A stretch of DNA of 64,000 bases from an uncultured beta proteobacterium (GTDB taxonomy: Bacteria; Pseudomonadota; Gammaproteobacteria; Burkholderiales; Burkholderiaceae_C): positions 760,466 to 824,465 of the forward strand of contig CAWJWV010000007.1 of the NCBI GenBank assembly GCA_963846675.1, read 5' to 3'. Positions 10,338 through 21,311 of this stretch are shown in pieces (the stretch's first letter is position 1; each line of letters opens with the position of its first letter). The notes beneath the pieces were generated by a model. It did no database searches. It had not been told where the DNA came from and worked only from the letters and a program-made list of their open reading frames with translations. Both the position numbers and the translations under genes were made by a program.

Positions 10338-10454
10338 CGCGTCCGGCGCCGCGTGCCTGCGACCAGTCATCGTCCGCGCTGCCGGCCGCTGCGCCGACCG
10401 ACGTGACGACCGACCACACCGCGTGTGGTCGCCTCCAATCCCGAAAGAAATCTG

Positions 10455-11757
10455 ATGGCTATCGTTGAAGTCAAGGTCCCTGAACTGTCCGAGTCGGTGG
10501 CCGAAGCCACGCTCGATCGAGTGGAAGAAGAAGCCCGGCGAACTGGTCCAGATCGACGAGATCCTGGTCGAGATCGAGACCGACAAGGTCGTGCTCGAGG
10601 TGCCGGCACCGGCGGCCGGCGTGATGGCGCAGCTGGTCAAGAACGACGGCGAGCAGTGCGTCAGCGGCGAGGTGATCGCCAAGATCGATACCGAGGGTGC
10701 CGAGGCGGTCAGCCCGCTGCCGGTCAAGCCGGTTCCGGTCACCACGCCGCCGGCCGACGCGCCGGCTGCAGCACCGCGCCGGCCGCTGGCGGATCGAAGT
10801 CCGATGTGGCGATGCCAGCCGCCGCCAAGCTGCTGGCCGACAACCAGATGAGCCGCGGCATCGGTTGCCGGCACCGGCAAGGATGGCCGCGTCACCAAGG
10901 GCGACGTGCTGTCGGCGATCGAATCGGCGGCGCCGCCAAGGCAGCCGCGCGGCCGGCACCGGCGCCGGCATCGACGTCGCTGCCGAAGGTGGCACCGCCG
11001 CCGCTGCCGCGACCCCTGGCCAAGGCGGCTGCGTCGACGCTGGCCGCGCTGTCGAACCGTCCCGAGCAGCGCGTGCCGATGAGCCGGCTGCGCGCGCGCG
11101 TCGCCGAGCGGCTGCTGCAGTCGCAGTCGACCAACGCGATCCTGACCACCTTCAACGAGGTCAACATGGCGCCGGTGATGGAGATGCGCAAGCGTTTCCA
11201 GGACAAGTTCGAGAAGGAGCACGGCGTCAAGATCGGCTTCATGAGCTTCTTCGTGAAGGCAGCGGTGGCCGCGCTCAAGCGCTATCCGATCATCAACGCG
11301 TCGGTCGACGGCAACGACATCGTCTACCACGGCTATTTCGACATCGGCATCGCGGTCGGCTCGCCGCGCGGGCTGGTGGTGCCGATCCTGCGCAACGCCG
11401 ACCAGATGAGCTTTGCCGAGATCGAGAAGAAGATCGCCGAGTTCGGCCAGAAGGCGCGCGACGGCAAGCTCTCGCTCGACGACCTGACCGGCGGCACGTT
11501 CTCGATCAGCAACGGCGGCACCTTCGGCTCGATGCTGTCGACGCCGATCATCAACCCGCCGCAGTCGGCCATCCTCGGCGTGCACGCGACCAAGGAGCGC
11601 GCGGTGGTCGAGAACGGCCAGGTCGTGGTGCGGCCGATGAACTACCTGGCGCATGAGCTACGACCACCGGATCATCGACGGCCGTGAGGCGGTGCTCGGA
11701 CTGGTGGCGATGAAGGAAGCGCTGGAGGATCCGGCGCGGCTGCTGTTCGACATCTGA
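10455..11757 (+). CDS. sucB: dihydrolipoamide succinyltransferase E2 (frameshifted)
   Basis: [15 protein letters not shown], lipoyl motif [37 protein letters not shown]; TGA at 11755-11757. Confidence 0.96.
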
Positions 11758-11914
11758 TCTCCGGGTCGTCGGGCGGAGCAGTCGCAGGCGCGACGCTGCC
11801 GGCCGAGCGCTGTGGCCGGTCTGCGGCGTCGATCCGACGCCGCGTGTCGGGTTGTCGATCAGAGCGCGCGCCGTCCAAGCCCTGTAGTCGGCATGAGCGA
11901 CAAGGTAGGAACAC

Positions 11915-13343
11915 ATGAGCAAACAATTCGACGTGGTCGTCATCGGCGGCGGCCCGGGCGGGTACATCGCGGCGATCCGCGCGGCGCAGCTCGGCTTCAA
12001 CGTCGCGTGCATCGACGAATGGAAGAACGCCAAGGGCGGCCCGGCGCCGGGCGGCACCTGCACCAATGTCGGCTGCATTCCGAGCAAGGCGCTGCTGCAG
12101 TCGAGCGAGCACTACGAGCACGCCGGCCACCACTTCGCCGATCACGGCATCGGCGTGGGCGAGCTGAGCCTCGATCTGGCCAGGATGCTGGGGCGCAAGG
12201 ACGGCGTCGTCAAGCAGAACAACGACGGCATCCTGTACCTCTTCAAGAAGAACAAGGTCGCGTTTTTCCACGGTCGTGGCTCCTTCGCCTCGGCCGCGGA
12301 TGGCAGCTACCAGATCAAGGTGGCCGGGCGCGAACGAGGAGACGCTGTCGACCAGGCACGTGATCGTCGCCACCGGGTCGAATGCGCGCGCCTTGCCGGG
12401 CGCCGACTTCGACGAGACGCGCGTGCTCAGCAACGACGGCGCGCTGCGCATCGGCGCGGTGCCGAAGAAGCTTGGCGTGATCGGCTCCGGCGTGATCGGT
12501 CTCGAGATGGGTTCGGTCTGGCGCCGCCTCGGAGCCGAGGTGACGGTGCTCGAGGCGCTGCCGACCTTTCTCGGTGCGGTCGACGAGCAGATCGCCAAGG
12601 AGGCGCACAAGGCGTTCATCAAGCAGGGGCTGAAGATCGAGCTCGGCGTCAAGATCGGCAAGGTCGAGGTCGGTGCCGATTCGGTTCGCGTGGCCTACGA
12701 CGATGCCAAGGGCGGCGCGCAGTCGCTCGAGGTGGAGCGCCTGATCGTCTCGATCGGTCGGGTTCCGAACACGATCGGGCTGAACGCCGAGGCGGTCGGC
12801 CTGAAGCTCGACGAGCGCGGCGCGATCGTCGTCGACGACGACTGCCGCACCAACCTGCCGAATGTCTGGGCCGTCGGCGACGTGGTGCGCGGGCCGATGC
12901 TCGCGCACAAGGCCGAGGAGGAGGGCGTGGCGGTGGCCGAGCGCATCGCCGGCCAGCATGGCCATGTCAACTTCAACACCATCCCGTGGGTGATCTACAC
13001 CAGCCCGGAAATCGCCTGGGTCGGACAGACCGAGCAGCAGCTCAAGGCAGCCGGGCGGGCCTACAAGGCCGGCACCTTCCCGTTCCTGGCCAACGGCCGG
13101 GCCCGGGCACTCGGCGACACGACCGGCATGGTCAAGTTCCTGGCCGATGCCAAGAGCGACGAGATCCTCGGCGTGCACATCGTCGGCCCGATGGCGAGCG
13201 AGCTGATCTCCGAGGCGGTCGTCGCGATGGAATTCAAGGCCTCGGCCGAGGACATCGCGCGCATCTGCCACGCCCATCCGTCGCTCAGCGAAGCGACCAA
13301 GGAAGCGGCCCTGGCGGTCGACAAGCGGACGCTGAACTTCTGA
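11915..13343 (+). CDS. lpdA: dihydrolipoamide dehydrogenase E3 (1 frameshift at ~12328)
   Basis: [27 protein letters not shown] and HAHPSLSE. Confidence 0.97.
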
Positions 13344-13368
13344 TGCGCCCCGAACGGGGCATGCACCG

Positions 13369-14467
13369 GTGAGCGTCCGTGAGCTGTACGCGGCCACGCT
13401 CGCCGAGCGCGGCTATCGCAGCGATCCGGCGCAGCTGCGGGCGGTCGAGGCGCTGGCGCGCTGCGAGACCGAATGGGCCGACTACAAGGCGCGTCGGCGC
13501 AACCGGCTGAGCAAGCTGCTGGTGCGTCCGCCGATTCCGCGCGGCGTCTACATGTACGGCGGCGTCGGGCGCGGCAAGAGCTTCCTGATGGACTGCTTCT
13601 TCAATGCCGTGCCGCTGCAGCGCAAGACGCGGCTGCACTTTCACGAGTTCATGCGCGAGGTGCATCGCGAACTGGCCGATCTGCGCGGAACGCGCCGACC
13701 CGCTGCACGTGCTGGGCGAGCGCATCTCGCGGCGCTTCCGGCTGATCTGCTTCGACGAGTTTCATGTCGCCGACGTGACCGACGCGATGATCCTGTACCG
13801 GCTGCTCGAATCGATGTTCGAACACCGCGTCAGCATCGTCACCACCTCGAATTTTCATCCCGACGGTCTGTACCCGAACGGCCTGCACCGCGACCGCATC
13901 CTGCCGGCGATCGAGCTGCTCAAGCAGCACCTCGAGGTGGTCAATGTCGATGCCGGCATCGATTACCGGGCCCAGACGCTGGCACAGGTCGAGACTTACC
14001 TCGTGCCGCCTGGCGACGCTGCCGATGGGCAGCTCGAGCAGGCCTTCGAGCGGCTGGCCGAGGCGCGCGACGAGGATCCGGTGATCCGCATCGAACAGCG
14101 CGAACTGCAGGCACGCCGGCGTGCCGGCGGCGTGGTGTGGTTCGATTTCCGCGAACTGTGCGTCAAGCCGCGATCGCAGAACGACTTTCTCGAGCTCGCG
14201 ACGCAGTTCCATACCATGCTGCTGTCGGATGTGCCGCAGATGCAGGTGCGTCACGCGTCGGAGGCGCGGCGCTTCACCTGGCTGGTCGACGTGCTCTACG
14301 ATCGACGCGTCAAGCTGCTGATGTCGGCCCAGGTGGCGCCGGAGCAGCTCTATGCGGAGGGTCCGATGGCGCATGAATTTCCGCGTACCGTGTCACGGCT
14401 GCGCGAAATGCAGTCGGCCGAGTATCTGGCGCTCGGCCACCGCGATGTGGACACCGGTCTGACATGA
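13369..14467 (+). CDS. zapE: AFG1/ZapE-family ATPase (1 frameshift)
   Basis: GGVGRGKS, RLHFHEFM, CFDEFHV, TTSN and RTVSRLREMQS. Confidence 0.92.
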
Positions 14468-15129
14468 GCGGCCGGATGACACCGCGATCATGGCGCCCGT
14501 GCGCGGTCGGCTGGTTGCTGGCTGGGGTGCTGGGGGCGGCCGCCGCGGCTGAAGGCGAGGCCGCTGACGCTGCTGCGCTGCAGCGCCAGCGCATCGACGA
14601 GCAGCGCGCCGCGGCCGACTCCGCCTGGCAGGCGCAGCGCCTGCGCTGCAGCCAGCGCTTCGCGGTCACGGCCTGCATCAATGCGGCCGAAGCGACGCAC
14701 CGGCAGCAGATCAACGCGCTCGACCGTGAGCTCGACCGGCTCGAGACCGAAGACCGCCGCGCCCGCGCTGCCGCGCGGCTCGAGATCATCCGGCGCAAGA
14801 CCGAGGCAATGGCCGCTGCACCGGTCCCGGCGCCGGCCGAGCCGGCCCAGCCGGAGTCGACCGCCGCGGCGGCCGAGGCGGTCATCCGGCCCGGTTCGGC
14901 CGCGGCGGCGCGCGATGGCAATCCCGATCCGGATGCCGCCCGCCGGCGCGCCCAGGCCGAACGCGATGCGGCGGCTCGGGCCGCGACGGCACAGCAGCGG
15001 CAGGCCGACGCCGAGCGCCGGCGGGTCGAACGCGAACAGCGCCGTGCCACCCGCGGCGCGGGCGCGGCGCCCTTGCCGCTGCCGTCGGCGCAGACGCCAG
15101 CCGCGGCGGCGTCCGGCCCGGTTCGCTGA
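14464..15129 (+). CDS. hypothetical exported Ala/Arg-rich coiled-coil protein
   Basis: 221-aa ORF overlapping the zapE stop (ATGA), with a signal-peptide-like N-terminus and a CSQRFAVTAC Cys pair. Confidence 0.65.
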   Translation: MSGRMTPRSWRPCAVGWLLAGVLGAAAAAEGEAADAAALQRQRIDEQRAAADSAWQAQRLRCSQRFAVTACINAAEATHRQQINALDRELDRLETEDRRARAAARLEIIRRKTEAMAAAPVPAPAEPAQPESTAAAAEAVIRPGSAAAARDGNPDPDAARRRAQAERDAAARAATAQQRQADAERRRVEREQRRATRGAGAAPLPLPSAQTPAAAASGPVR

Positions 15130-15132
15130 GAC

Positions 15133-15900
15133 TCAGCCGAGCGGTTCGATCCGGATCAGCGCGAGCGACAGGTTGTCGCCGGCACCGCGGGCGCGTTCGC
15201 GCGCCTTGTCGACCAGCATCTCGCCGGCCTCGCGCGGCGGCAGGGCATGCGCGATCGATCCGAGCTCGATCGGCGAGAAGTAGTGCCACAGACCGTCGCT
15301 GCATGCCATCACGCTGTCGCCGATCTCGAGTCGGCCGAGATCGTGCAGCGTCAACGGCGGATCCTTCAGCGTGCCGAGGCAGCCGGTCAGCAGGTTCGAC
15401 TGCGGGTGCGAATTCGCCTCTTCCTCGGTGATCTCGCCATCGTCGATCAGGCGCTGGACATACGAATGGTCGGCGCTGCGGAAGACCATCTCGGCGCCGC
15501 GGAAGTGATAGATGCGCGAATCGCCGGCGTGTACCGCGACGCAGCCGAGCGACGGCTCGATCAGAAAGGCCGCGGCGGTGCTGTGCGGCTCCTCCTCGGC
15601 GGTGATGGCGGTGAGCTTGATCATCAGGTGGGCCTCGAGCACCAGCTGCCTGAGCAGCGTGGCGCCGTCGTCGGTGCCTGGGACGAAGCGGTCGAACAGC
15701 TGCTGGGCGGTCAGGATCACCTGATCGGCGGCCTTGCGCCCGCCGCTCTTGCCGCCCATGCCGTCGGCCAGGACCGCCAGCGCGCAGCCGGCGATCCGCT
15801 GGTGCCTGATCACCACGACCTGGTCCTGCTGGTAGGCGCGGTCTCCGCGATGCAGCGCGGTTGCTGCTGAGAGACGGTGCCCGCTGGTCGCAATGCTCAT
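15133..15900 (-). CDS. PP2C-family Ser/Thr protein phosphatase
   Basis: From ATG 15900 (MSIATSG): VLADGMGG, AGDSRIY, DHSYVQ, CSDGLW and GDNLS. This is the C-terminal part of track ORF 15133..17937. Confidence 0.9.
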   Translation of the reverse strand: MSIATSGHRLSAATALHRGDRAYQQDQVVVIRHQRIAGCALAVLADGMGGKSGGRKAADQVILTAQQLFDRFVPGTDDGATLLRQLVLEAHLMIKLTAITAEEEPHSTAAAFLIEPSLGCVAVHAGDSRIYHFRGAEMVFRSADHSYVQRLIDDGEITEEEANSHPQSNLLTGCLGTLKDPPLTLHDLGRLEIGDSVMACSDGLWHYFSPIELGSIAHALPPREAGEMLVDKARERARGAGDNLSLALIRIEPLG

Positions 15901-15909
15901 GCGCAAAAC

Positions 15910-15915
15910 TATAAT
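15910..15915 (+). promoter_or_regulatory. putative -10 element for DUF465-helicase genes
   Basis: Perfect TATAAT in a GC-rich divergent intergenic region. Confidence 0.5.
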
Positions 15916-15997
15916 CGCAGCCGACCAGCCGAAACGCTGTCTCGCGGCCGCATTGAGCGGTCGACGACCGGGCCGCGCGGCCCTCGACGTAGCGGCA

Positions 15998-16201
15998 ATG
16001 GACCACAACCTGCACTCCCTGACGCGCCAGCTGATCGAACTGCGGATCGAGCATGCCGATCTGGACAACCTGATCGACCAGGTCGTCCTGGCCCATCCCG
16101 ACGACGAGCTGTCGCTGCGCCGTCTGAAGAAGCGCCGCTTGCTGCTGCGCGATCGGATCTCGAGCCTGGAGGCCGATCTCGAGCCTCCCGAGCCGGCGTG
16201 A
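15998..16201 (+). CDS. DUF465/YdcH-family small coiled-coil protein
   Basis: MDHNLHSLTRQLIELRIEHADLD..LRRLKKRRLLLRDRI. Confidence 0.82.
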   Translation: MDHNLHSLTRQLIELRIEHADLDNLIDQVVLAHPDDELSLRRLKKRRLLLRDRISSLEADLEPPEPA

Positions 16202-18288
16202 ATGCCGATCCGGCGCCGGTCGACATGCAGCTGGGCATCGAGGTTGCCGAGCCGCCGCCGTCCGGAACGGCCGCGGCCGCCGGCCACGGACCTCTGCATG
16301 CGGCGGTCCTGCAGGCCTTTGCCGAGTGCGGCCCGCTGGCCCAGGCGGATGCGCGTTTCCGTTCGCGCGCAGTCCAGCTCGAGATGGCCTGCGCGGTCGC
16401 CGACGCGATCGAGCGTCGCCAGGTACTGGTCGCCGAGGCAGGTACCGGTGTGGGCAAGACCTACGCCTACCTGGTTCCGGCACTGCTCTCGGGCGGCCGG
16501 GCACTGATCAGCACCGCGACCAAGAGCCTGCAGGATCAGCTCTTTCTGCGTGATCTGCCGCGCCTGCGCGATGCGTTGCAGGTGCCGGTCACGGTTGCCC
16601 TGCTGAAGGGGCGGGCCAGCTATCTGTGCCTGCACCGCATGCAGCAGGCGCGGCATGCGCCTTCGTTCGACGACCGCTGGGCGCTGCGCACCCTGACCAA
16701 GGTCGAGGAATGGTCGCGCCGCACCCGTACCGGCGACCTGGCCGAGCTCGACGGCCTCGACGAGCGCAGCAGCGTCATTCCGTTGGTGACCTCGTCGCGT
16801 GACAACTGCCTCGGCGCCGAGTGTCCCGAACACCGCCAGTGCCATGTGCTGAAAGCGCGACGCGATGCGATGGCAGCCGATCTGGTGGTCGTCAACCACC
16901 ACCTGTTCTTCGCCGACATGGCGCTGCGCGACACCGGTGTGGCCGAACTGCTGCCGAGCGTCGATGTGGCGGTCTTCGACGAGGCGCACCAGCTGGCCGA
17001 TGCGGGGGTCCAGTTTCTCGGCGCCACCCTCGGCAGCGGACAGCTGATCGACCTGGCGCGCGACCTGCTGGCAGCCGGATTGCAACTGGCGCGCGGCCTG
17101 CGCGACTGGACGGCGCTGGCGGCAGCCTGCGACCGGGCTGCGCGCGAGCTGCGCCTTGCCTGCGCAGGATCGCTTGGCGAAGTGCGCGGCAGCCTCAAGT
17201 TGCGCTGGGAGGAACGCGCCGGAGCGATCGACTTCGTCACCGCGCTGGCCGAACTCGAACGTTGCCTGGCCGACGCGCAGCAGGCGCTGCTCGATGTCGA
17301 TGAGCTCGGACCGGACTTCGCCAAGCTCGCCGAGCGGGCGCAGCACCTGGCGACCCTGGCGCGCGACTTCGCCCGCGAACCCGAGCCAGGGATGGTTCGC
17401 TGGATCGACCTGTCGCCGCACCAGTCGCGGCTGGTCGAATCGCCGCTCGACATCCGCGATGCATTGGCGCAGCAGATGCGCAGCTCGAACAAGGCGTGGA
17501 TCTTCACCTCGGCAACGCTCGGCGATGACGAGCGGATGAGCTGGTTCACCGAATCGGCAGGGCTCGACGATGCAACCTGCCTGCGCGTGGGCAGCCCCTT
17601 CGACTATGCGAATCACGCGCGGCTGTACATCCCGCGCGGATTTCCGAAGCCGAATCAGCCTGAACACGCGCCCGCAGTGGCCGAGCTGGCGGCGCGTTGT
17701 GCGCTCGCACTCGGCGGGCGCTGCTTCGTGCTGACCACGACCTTGCGTGCACTGCGCCAGATCGGCGACGCGTTGACCCGGCAGTTCGCAGCGCTGGGTG
17801 CAGACATCCAGGTCCTGATCCAGGGCCAGGTCCCGAAACGCCAGCTGCTCGAACGTTTCCTGCGCCAGCCGCGTTCGGTGCTGGTCGGCTCGCAGAGTTT
17901 CTGGGAGGGCATCGATGTGCCGGGGGAGGCGCTGCAATGTGTCCTGATCGACAAGCTGCCGTTCCCGCCGCCGAACGATCCGTTGGTCGAAGCACGGGTG
18001 CGGCGACTCGAAAGCGAAGGACGCAATGCGTTTGCCGATTATTTCGTCGCCGAGGCCGCGGTTTCGCTCAAGCAGGGGGCCGGGCGACTGATCCGCAGCG
18101 AGACCGATCGCGGCCTGCTCGTGGTCTGCGATCCACGCATGGCGGGCATGAATTACGGGCGGCGGTTGCGGGCAGCGCTGCCGCCGATGGCCGTCATCAC
18201 CAGCGAGGCCGACGCGCTCGACTGGCTGGAGCAGCTGGCAGGGCCCGACCCGGCAGACCTCGACAGCGCCTGGCCGGCCGCCTGGTAG
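16198..18288 (+). CDS. Fe-S ATP-dependent DNA helicase, YoaA/DinG family
   Basis: EAGTGVGKT, Fe-S cysteines (YLC, NCLGAEC..C), DEAH, TSATL, FWEGIDVPG and QGAGRLIR. GTG start overlaps the upstream stop. Confidence 0.92.
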   Translation: MNADPAPVDMQLGIEVAEPPPSGTAAAAGHGPLHAAVLQAFAECGPLAQADARFRSRAVQLEMACAVADAIERRQVLVAEAGTGVGKTYAYLVPALLSGGRALISTATKSLQDQLFLRDLPRLRDALQVPVTVALLKGRASYLCLHRMQQARHAPSFDDRWALRTLTKVEEWSRRTRTGDLAELDGLDERSSVIPLVTSSRDNCLGAECPEHRQCHVLKARRDAMAADLVVVNHHLFFADMALRDTGVAELLPSVDVAVFDEAHQLADAGVQFLGATLGSGQLIDLARDLLAAGLQLARGLRDWTALAAACDRAARELRLACAGSLGEVRGSLKLRWEERAGAIDFVTALAELERCLADAQQALLDVDELGPDFAKLAERAQHLATLARDFAREPEPGMVRWIDLSPHQSRLVESPLDIRDALAQQMRSSNKAWIFTSATLGDDERMSWFTESAGLDDATCLRVGSPFDYANHARLYIPRGFPKPNQPEHAPAVAELAARCALALGGRCFVLTTTLRALRQIGDALTRQFAALGADIQVLIQGQVPKRQLLERFLRQPRSVLVGSQSFWEGIDVPGEALQCVLIDKLPFPPPNDPLVEARVRRLESEGRNAFADYFVAEAAVSLKQGAGRLIRSETDRGLLVVCDPRMAGMNYGRRLRAALPPMAVITSEADALDWLEQLAGPDPADLDSAWPAAW

Positions 18289-18312
18289 CAGGCGACCGGC
18301 TGCCGGATCAGC

Positions 18313-19182
18313 TCACCAGAGCTTCCACCACGGCCGCTTGACTTGCGGCTGCTGCTGCAGGCGACTGCCCGGCTCGAGAAGCCGGGTGCTCGGGAAATTG
18401 CGGCTCAGCACCCGCTTGGCGTCGTCCCGCAGGTCGTGCATGCCGAGCTCGTCGTAGCCTCGGACCATGATCGACAACGCTTCCTCGGTCGCAGGCGATT
18501 GCTGGAAATCCTGCACCGTCTGCTGCGCGCGGTTGATCGCGGCGACATAGGCGCCGCGTCGCAGGTAGTAGCGCGCCACGTGCACCTCGTAGGTGGCGAG
18601 CGCATTGACGATGTAGTCCATGCGCAGCCGTGCGTCCTCGGCGTAGCGCGACTGCGGAAACTGTTCGACCAGCTGCTTGAAGGCCTGGTACGAGTCGCGT
18701 GATGCTTGCTGGTCGCGCTCCGACAGGTCCTGGCGCGCCAGGCTTCCGAGCATCCCGAGGTCGTCGTTGAAATTGATCAGGCCCTGCAGGTACAGCGCGT
18801 AGTCGAGCGCCGGACTGGTCGGATGCAGCTTGATGAAGCGTTCGAGGATGGCCAGCGCCTGCGCCTTCTCGTTGGTGCGGTACATCACGAAGGCGCGTTC
18901 GAGCTGGGCCTGCTGTGACAGCAGGGTACCGGTGGCACGTCCCTCGAGCCGCTCGAACAGCGTACCGGCACGCGTGAAGTTGCCGGCATTCATCTCGTCA
19001 CGGGCCTCCGAATACAATTTCTCGGGCGTCCAGTTGGCGGTTTCGTCGACCGGTGCACTGGCGCAGCCACCCAGCACGAGGGCCGCGCCGAGAGCGGCGC
19101 CGGAGCCGATCGCTCGCCAGCCGAGCGGGGCCTTGAGCCGGGTCGAGGGTTGCATCGGGTGCTTCAGGTGCATGGGCCGCAA
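18313..19182 (-). CDS. bamD: outer membrane assembly lipoprotein BamD
   Basis: Lipobox VLGGC, TPR-like helices, ERDQ, VARYYLRRGAYVAAINRAQ and terminal PWWKLW; divergent from rluD. Exact start uncertain. Confidence 0.93.
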   Translation of the reverse strand: MRPMHLKHPMQPSTRLKAPLGWRAIGSGAALGAALVLGGCASAPVDETANWTPEKLYSEARDEMNAGNFTRAGTLFERLEGRATGTLLSQQAQLERAFVMYRTNEKAQALAILERFIKLHPTSPALDYALYLQGLINFNDDLGMLGSLARQDLSERDQQASRDSYQAFKQLVEQFPQSRYAEDARLRMDYIVNALATYEVHVARYYLRRGAYVAAINRAQQTVQDFQQSPATEEALSIMVRGYDELGMHDLRDDAKRVLSRNFPSTRLLEPGSRLQQQPQVKRPWWKLW

Positions 19183-19215
19183 CGTGGCCAGCGGCGCACG
19201 TCATCCTTCAGGAAA

Positions 19216-20280
19216 ATGATCACAGATTATAGGGTTGGGCCCCACGCGGATCCGCTGCCGGCAGAGGCTGTCGACGCTGACGACGACGATGGATCGATGC
19301 TTCCGACGCAGGCCGCTGATGCCGGGTCGGCGGCTGGCCAGACGGTGTTCGAGCGGCGCGCCGGCCGGGTCGAAGCCGACCTTCACGGACAGCGGCTCGA
19401 CCGCATGCTGGTCGTGCTGGCGCCGGAGTTTTCACGCAATCACCTGCAGTCGCTGATCGGCGCCGGCCATGTGCGGGTGGATGGAATGGCGGCGTCAAGC
19501 GCTTCGCGCAGGCTGCGGGCTGGCCAATCGGTCGAATTCGAGCTCGTTCCCACCGACGAGAGCCGCGCCTTTCGTGCCGAGCCGCTGCCGCTGCAGATCG
19601 TGCATGAGGACGACGCGCTGCTGGTGGTCGACAAGGCGGCCGGCATGGTCGTTCATCCGGCAGCGGGCAACTGGTCCGGCACGCTGCTCAACGCGCTGCT
19701 GGCCCACCATCCCGGTGCGGCGTCGCTGCCCCGGGCCGGCATCGTGCATCGGCTGGACAAGGACACGTCGGGCCTGATGGTTGTCGGCAAGACGCTGGCG
19801 GCGGTCACCGCGCTGAGCCGGGCCATCGCGGCGCGCGAGGTGCACCGCCAGTATCTGGCGCTCGCCCACGGCGCGTTCCCGCGCGGAGGCGTGCGCATCG
19901 AGGCGCCGATCGCCCGTGATCCACGCTCGCGGGTCCGGATGGCCATCGTGCCTGGTGGGCGCGCCGCTCGCACCGACGTCGAACTGGTCGCCACCGACGG
20001 CCAGGCGAGCGCATTGCGCTGCACCTTGCACACCGGCCGCACCCACCAGATCCGCGTCCACCTGGCCTCGCGCGGCCATCCGCTGGTCGCCGACGCGGTG
20101 TACGGAGGGGTGCCGCGATGGGATCTGCAGCGCCAGGCTCTTCATGCGGCACGGCTGGCCTTCCGCCATCCGGTGGACGGCAGTGCATGCACATTCGAGG
20201 CGGCGCTGCCGCCGGATCTGCAGAGCGCCTGGGATGAGCTGCTGGCGGTGTGCGGGCAGGGCTCTGCGGGCAAGTCCTGA
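19216..20280 (+). CDS. rluD: 23S rRNA pseudouridine synthase RluD
   Basis: S4 domain RLD..SR, MVVHPAAGN, GIVHRLDKDTSG, TGRTHQIRVH and RQALHA. Start approximate. Confidence 0.9.
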   Translation: MITDYRVGPHADPLPAEAVDADDDDGSMLPTQAADAGSAAGQTVFERRAGRVEADLHGQRLDRMLVVLAPEFSRNHLQSLIGAGHVRVDGMAASSASRRLRAGQSVEFELVPTDESRAFRAEPLPLQIVHEDDALLVVDKAAGMVVHPAAGNWSGTLLNALLAHHPGAASLPRAGIVHRLDKDTSGLMVVGKTLAAVTALSRAIAAREVHRQYLALAHGAFPRGGVRIEAPIARDPRSRVRMAIVPGGRAARTDVELVATDGQASALRCTLHTGRTHQIRVHLASRGHPLVADAVYGGVPRWDLQRQALHAARLAFRHPVDGSACTFEAALPPDLQSAWDELLAVCGQGSAGKS

Positions 20281-20618
20281 GGGCGGAGCCGGCCGCGCCG
20301 GTGACCACGCGTCGAATCCGCGGTTACACTAGGCGTTGCAGGGCTTCTCGGCGGCAGGTTCACGACAGCGTGGCTCACGCCATGACGTGCCCCCAGGCCG
20401 CCACAACGCCAGCGTCTTCACGACACGCCGGCGTCGCCGCCAGGACCGTGGCGTCAGGCGTTCCCAGCCCGCATCGAGAAAGAGAACCGGGCCCGAGCGG
20501 GCCCCCGAGCGCGATCGGTGGATCGCCGATCGGCCTGGGCCCGAGGGCCGACACGCTTGCCAGCAAGGACACCGGCCGTAGCGCCCTGTTCCGTTCATCT
20601 GAGGATGGCCGATAGCCA

Positions 20619-21311
20619 ATGAACACCCAGGATGCCAAACGCGTCCTCGAGACGGCACTCATCTGTGCCCGCGAGCCGATGCCGCTGCGCGAGCTGCGTC
20701 AGCTGTTCGAAGAGCAGGTGAATGCAGACAGCCTGCGCATGCTGCTCGATGAGCTGTCGCTCGACTGGAAGGGGCGCGGTGTCGAACTGGTGGCGGTCGC
20801 CAGCGGCTGGCGCTTCCAGAGCCGGCCGGAGATGCGCGAGTACCTCGACCGGCTCAATCCCGAGAAGCCGCCGCGCTACTCGCGGGCGGTTCTGGAGACG
20901 CTGGCGATCATCGCGTATCGGCAGCCGGTCACGCGTGGCGACATCGAGGACATCCGTGGTGTCACGGTCGCCAGTCAGATCATCAGGCAGCTCGAGGACC
21001 GTGGCTGGATCGAGGCAATCGGTTATCGCGAGGCACCCGGGCGGCCGGCCCTGCTCGCGACGACGCGTCAGTTTCTCGATGACCTCGGTCTCGCCAGCCT
21101 CGATCAGTTGCCGCTGTCCGAAGCCGGCGGCGTGACGACGGCCGACGTCCAGGCGCGGCTTGCGCTCGATGGCGTCGAGGCCGAAGCGCTGCCCGTCGCG
21201 CCGGGCGCAGCGCCCGAGAGCGACGAAGCGGCTGCGGTCGCGTCGTCAGAACAACCACCCGAAGATCCCCACACCGCGGCACAAGCCGTCCCGATGGAAC
21301 CTCAAGCATGA
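20619..21311 (+). CDS. scpB: SMC-ScpAB subunit ScpB
   Basis: [28 protein letters not shown] and FLDDLGL. Confidence 0.95.
   Translation: MNTQDAKRVLETALICAREPMPLRELRQLFEEQVNADSLRMLLDELSLDWKGRGVELVAVASGWRFQSRPEMREYLDRLNPEKPPRYSRAVLETLAIIAYRQPVTRGDIEDIRGVTVASQIIRQLEDRGWIEAIGYREAPGRPALLATTRQFLDDLGLASLDQLPLSEAGGVTTADVQARLALDGVEAEALPVAPGAAPESDEAAAVASSEQPPEDPHTAAQAVPMEPQA

Noticed and set aside
10411-11845. Perfect 9-bp hairpins between sucA/sucB (10411-10431) and sucB/lpdA (~11823-11843) as REP elements or terminators
   Set aside because: They do not resemble each other and lack U-tracts; at most mRNA-stability stems.
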